A stretch of DNA of 64,000 nucleotides from Callorhinchus milii (lineage: Eukaryota), in contig NW_024704877.1 of the NCBI RefSeq assembly GCF_018977255.1, positions 1 to 64,000 of the forward strand, written 5' to 3'. Shown here in pieces: positions 63,631-64,000 of this stretch. Each line of letters starts with the position of its first letter. Position 1 is the first letter of the stretch. The notes below the pieces were generated by a model. That model was not told the origin of the DNA, ran no database searches, and worked only from the letters and a program-made list of their open reading frames with translations. The position numbers were made by a program, and so were the translations under genes.

Positions 63631-64000
63631 AAAGGGTGGCTACAAAATACAGGAGATGCTACACCAAAGCAGACATACTCTTAACCCGTGTATTTATGAC
63701 TGCATCTGTTACAGCGTTTATTCTGTAAATCACCGTTCATAACATTATTGGTTGTGTCATGTTATGGTTCTGATCATGTCCTGAAATTTACGCTTTAAGT
63801 CTAGGCTCCTTGTTATGGTCAGAAATTAATTACTGTTCATGTTATTGCTTTAGATAAGTTAGTTTAAATTAGTTAGTTATTTAAACCTAAAGTGATATGC
63901 TATACGTGAGAATATATTGATAATATTATTCTGTAACCCCGCAATGCTGACACTGTTTATTGGAGCATTGCGAAATAATATGTATTTTCCCTATATTAAA

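Overview
Vertebrate genomic DNA, almost certainly from a cartilaginous fish (species not determinable here), covering part of the V array of a T-cell receptor alpha/delta locus on the minus strand. It holds two NAR-TCR-type units. One is complete: leader, IgNAR-like V, D, J and a leaderless supporting TCR-delta V (32909-36100). The other is cut by the window start (D and V at 177-1297). The NAR unit uses IgH-type recombination signals (V 22, D 12/12, J 23) yet is interspersed with eight conventional TCR V genes carrying 23-bp RSSs; four look intact and four are frameshifted or contain a stop. Positions ~1-9107 and ~34800-46967 are a diverged segmental duplication, and the first copy has lost ~3 kb containing two V exons. 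The V array ends at a young, nearly intact single-ORF L2 LINE (46968-50699). Beyond it lie L2, CR1 and Penelope-like debris and a frameshifted two-exon GPR139-like class A GPCR (+ strand). tRNA-Ala-derived SINEs sharing the L2 3' tail are very dense. All calls come from manual reading and translation; no database search or alignment was run, and identity figures are by-eye estimates.
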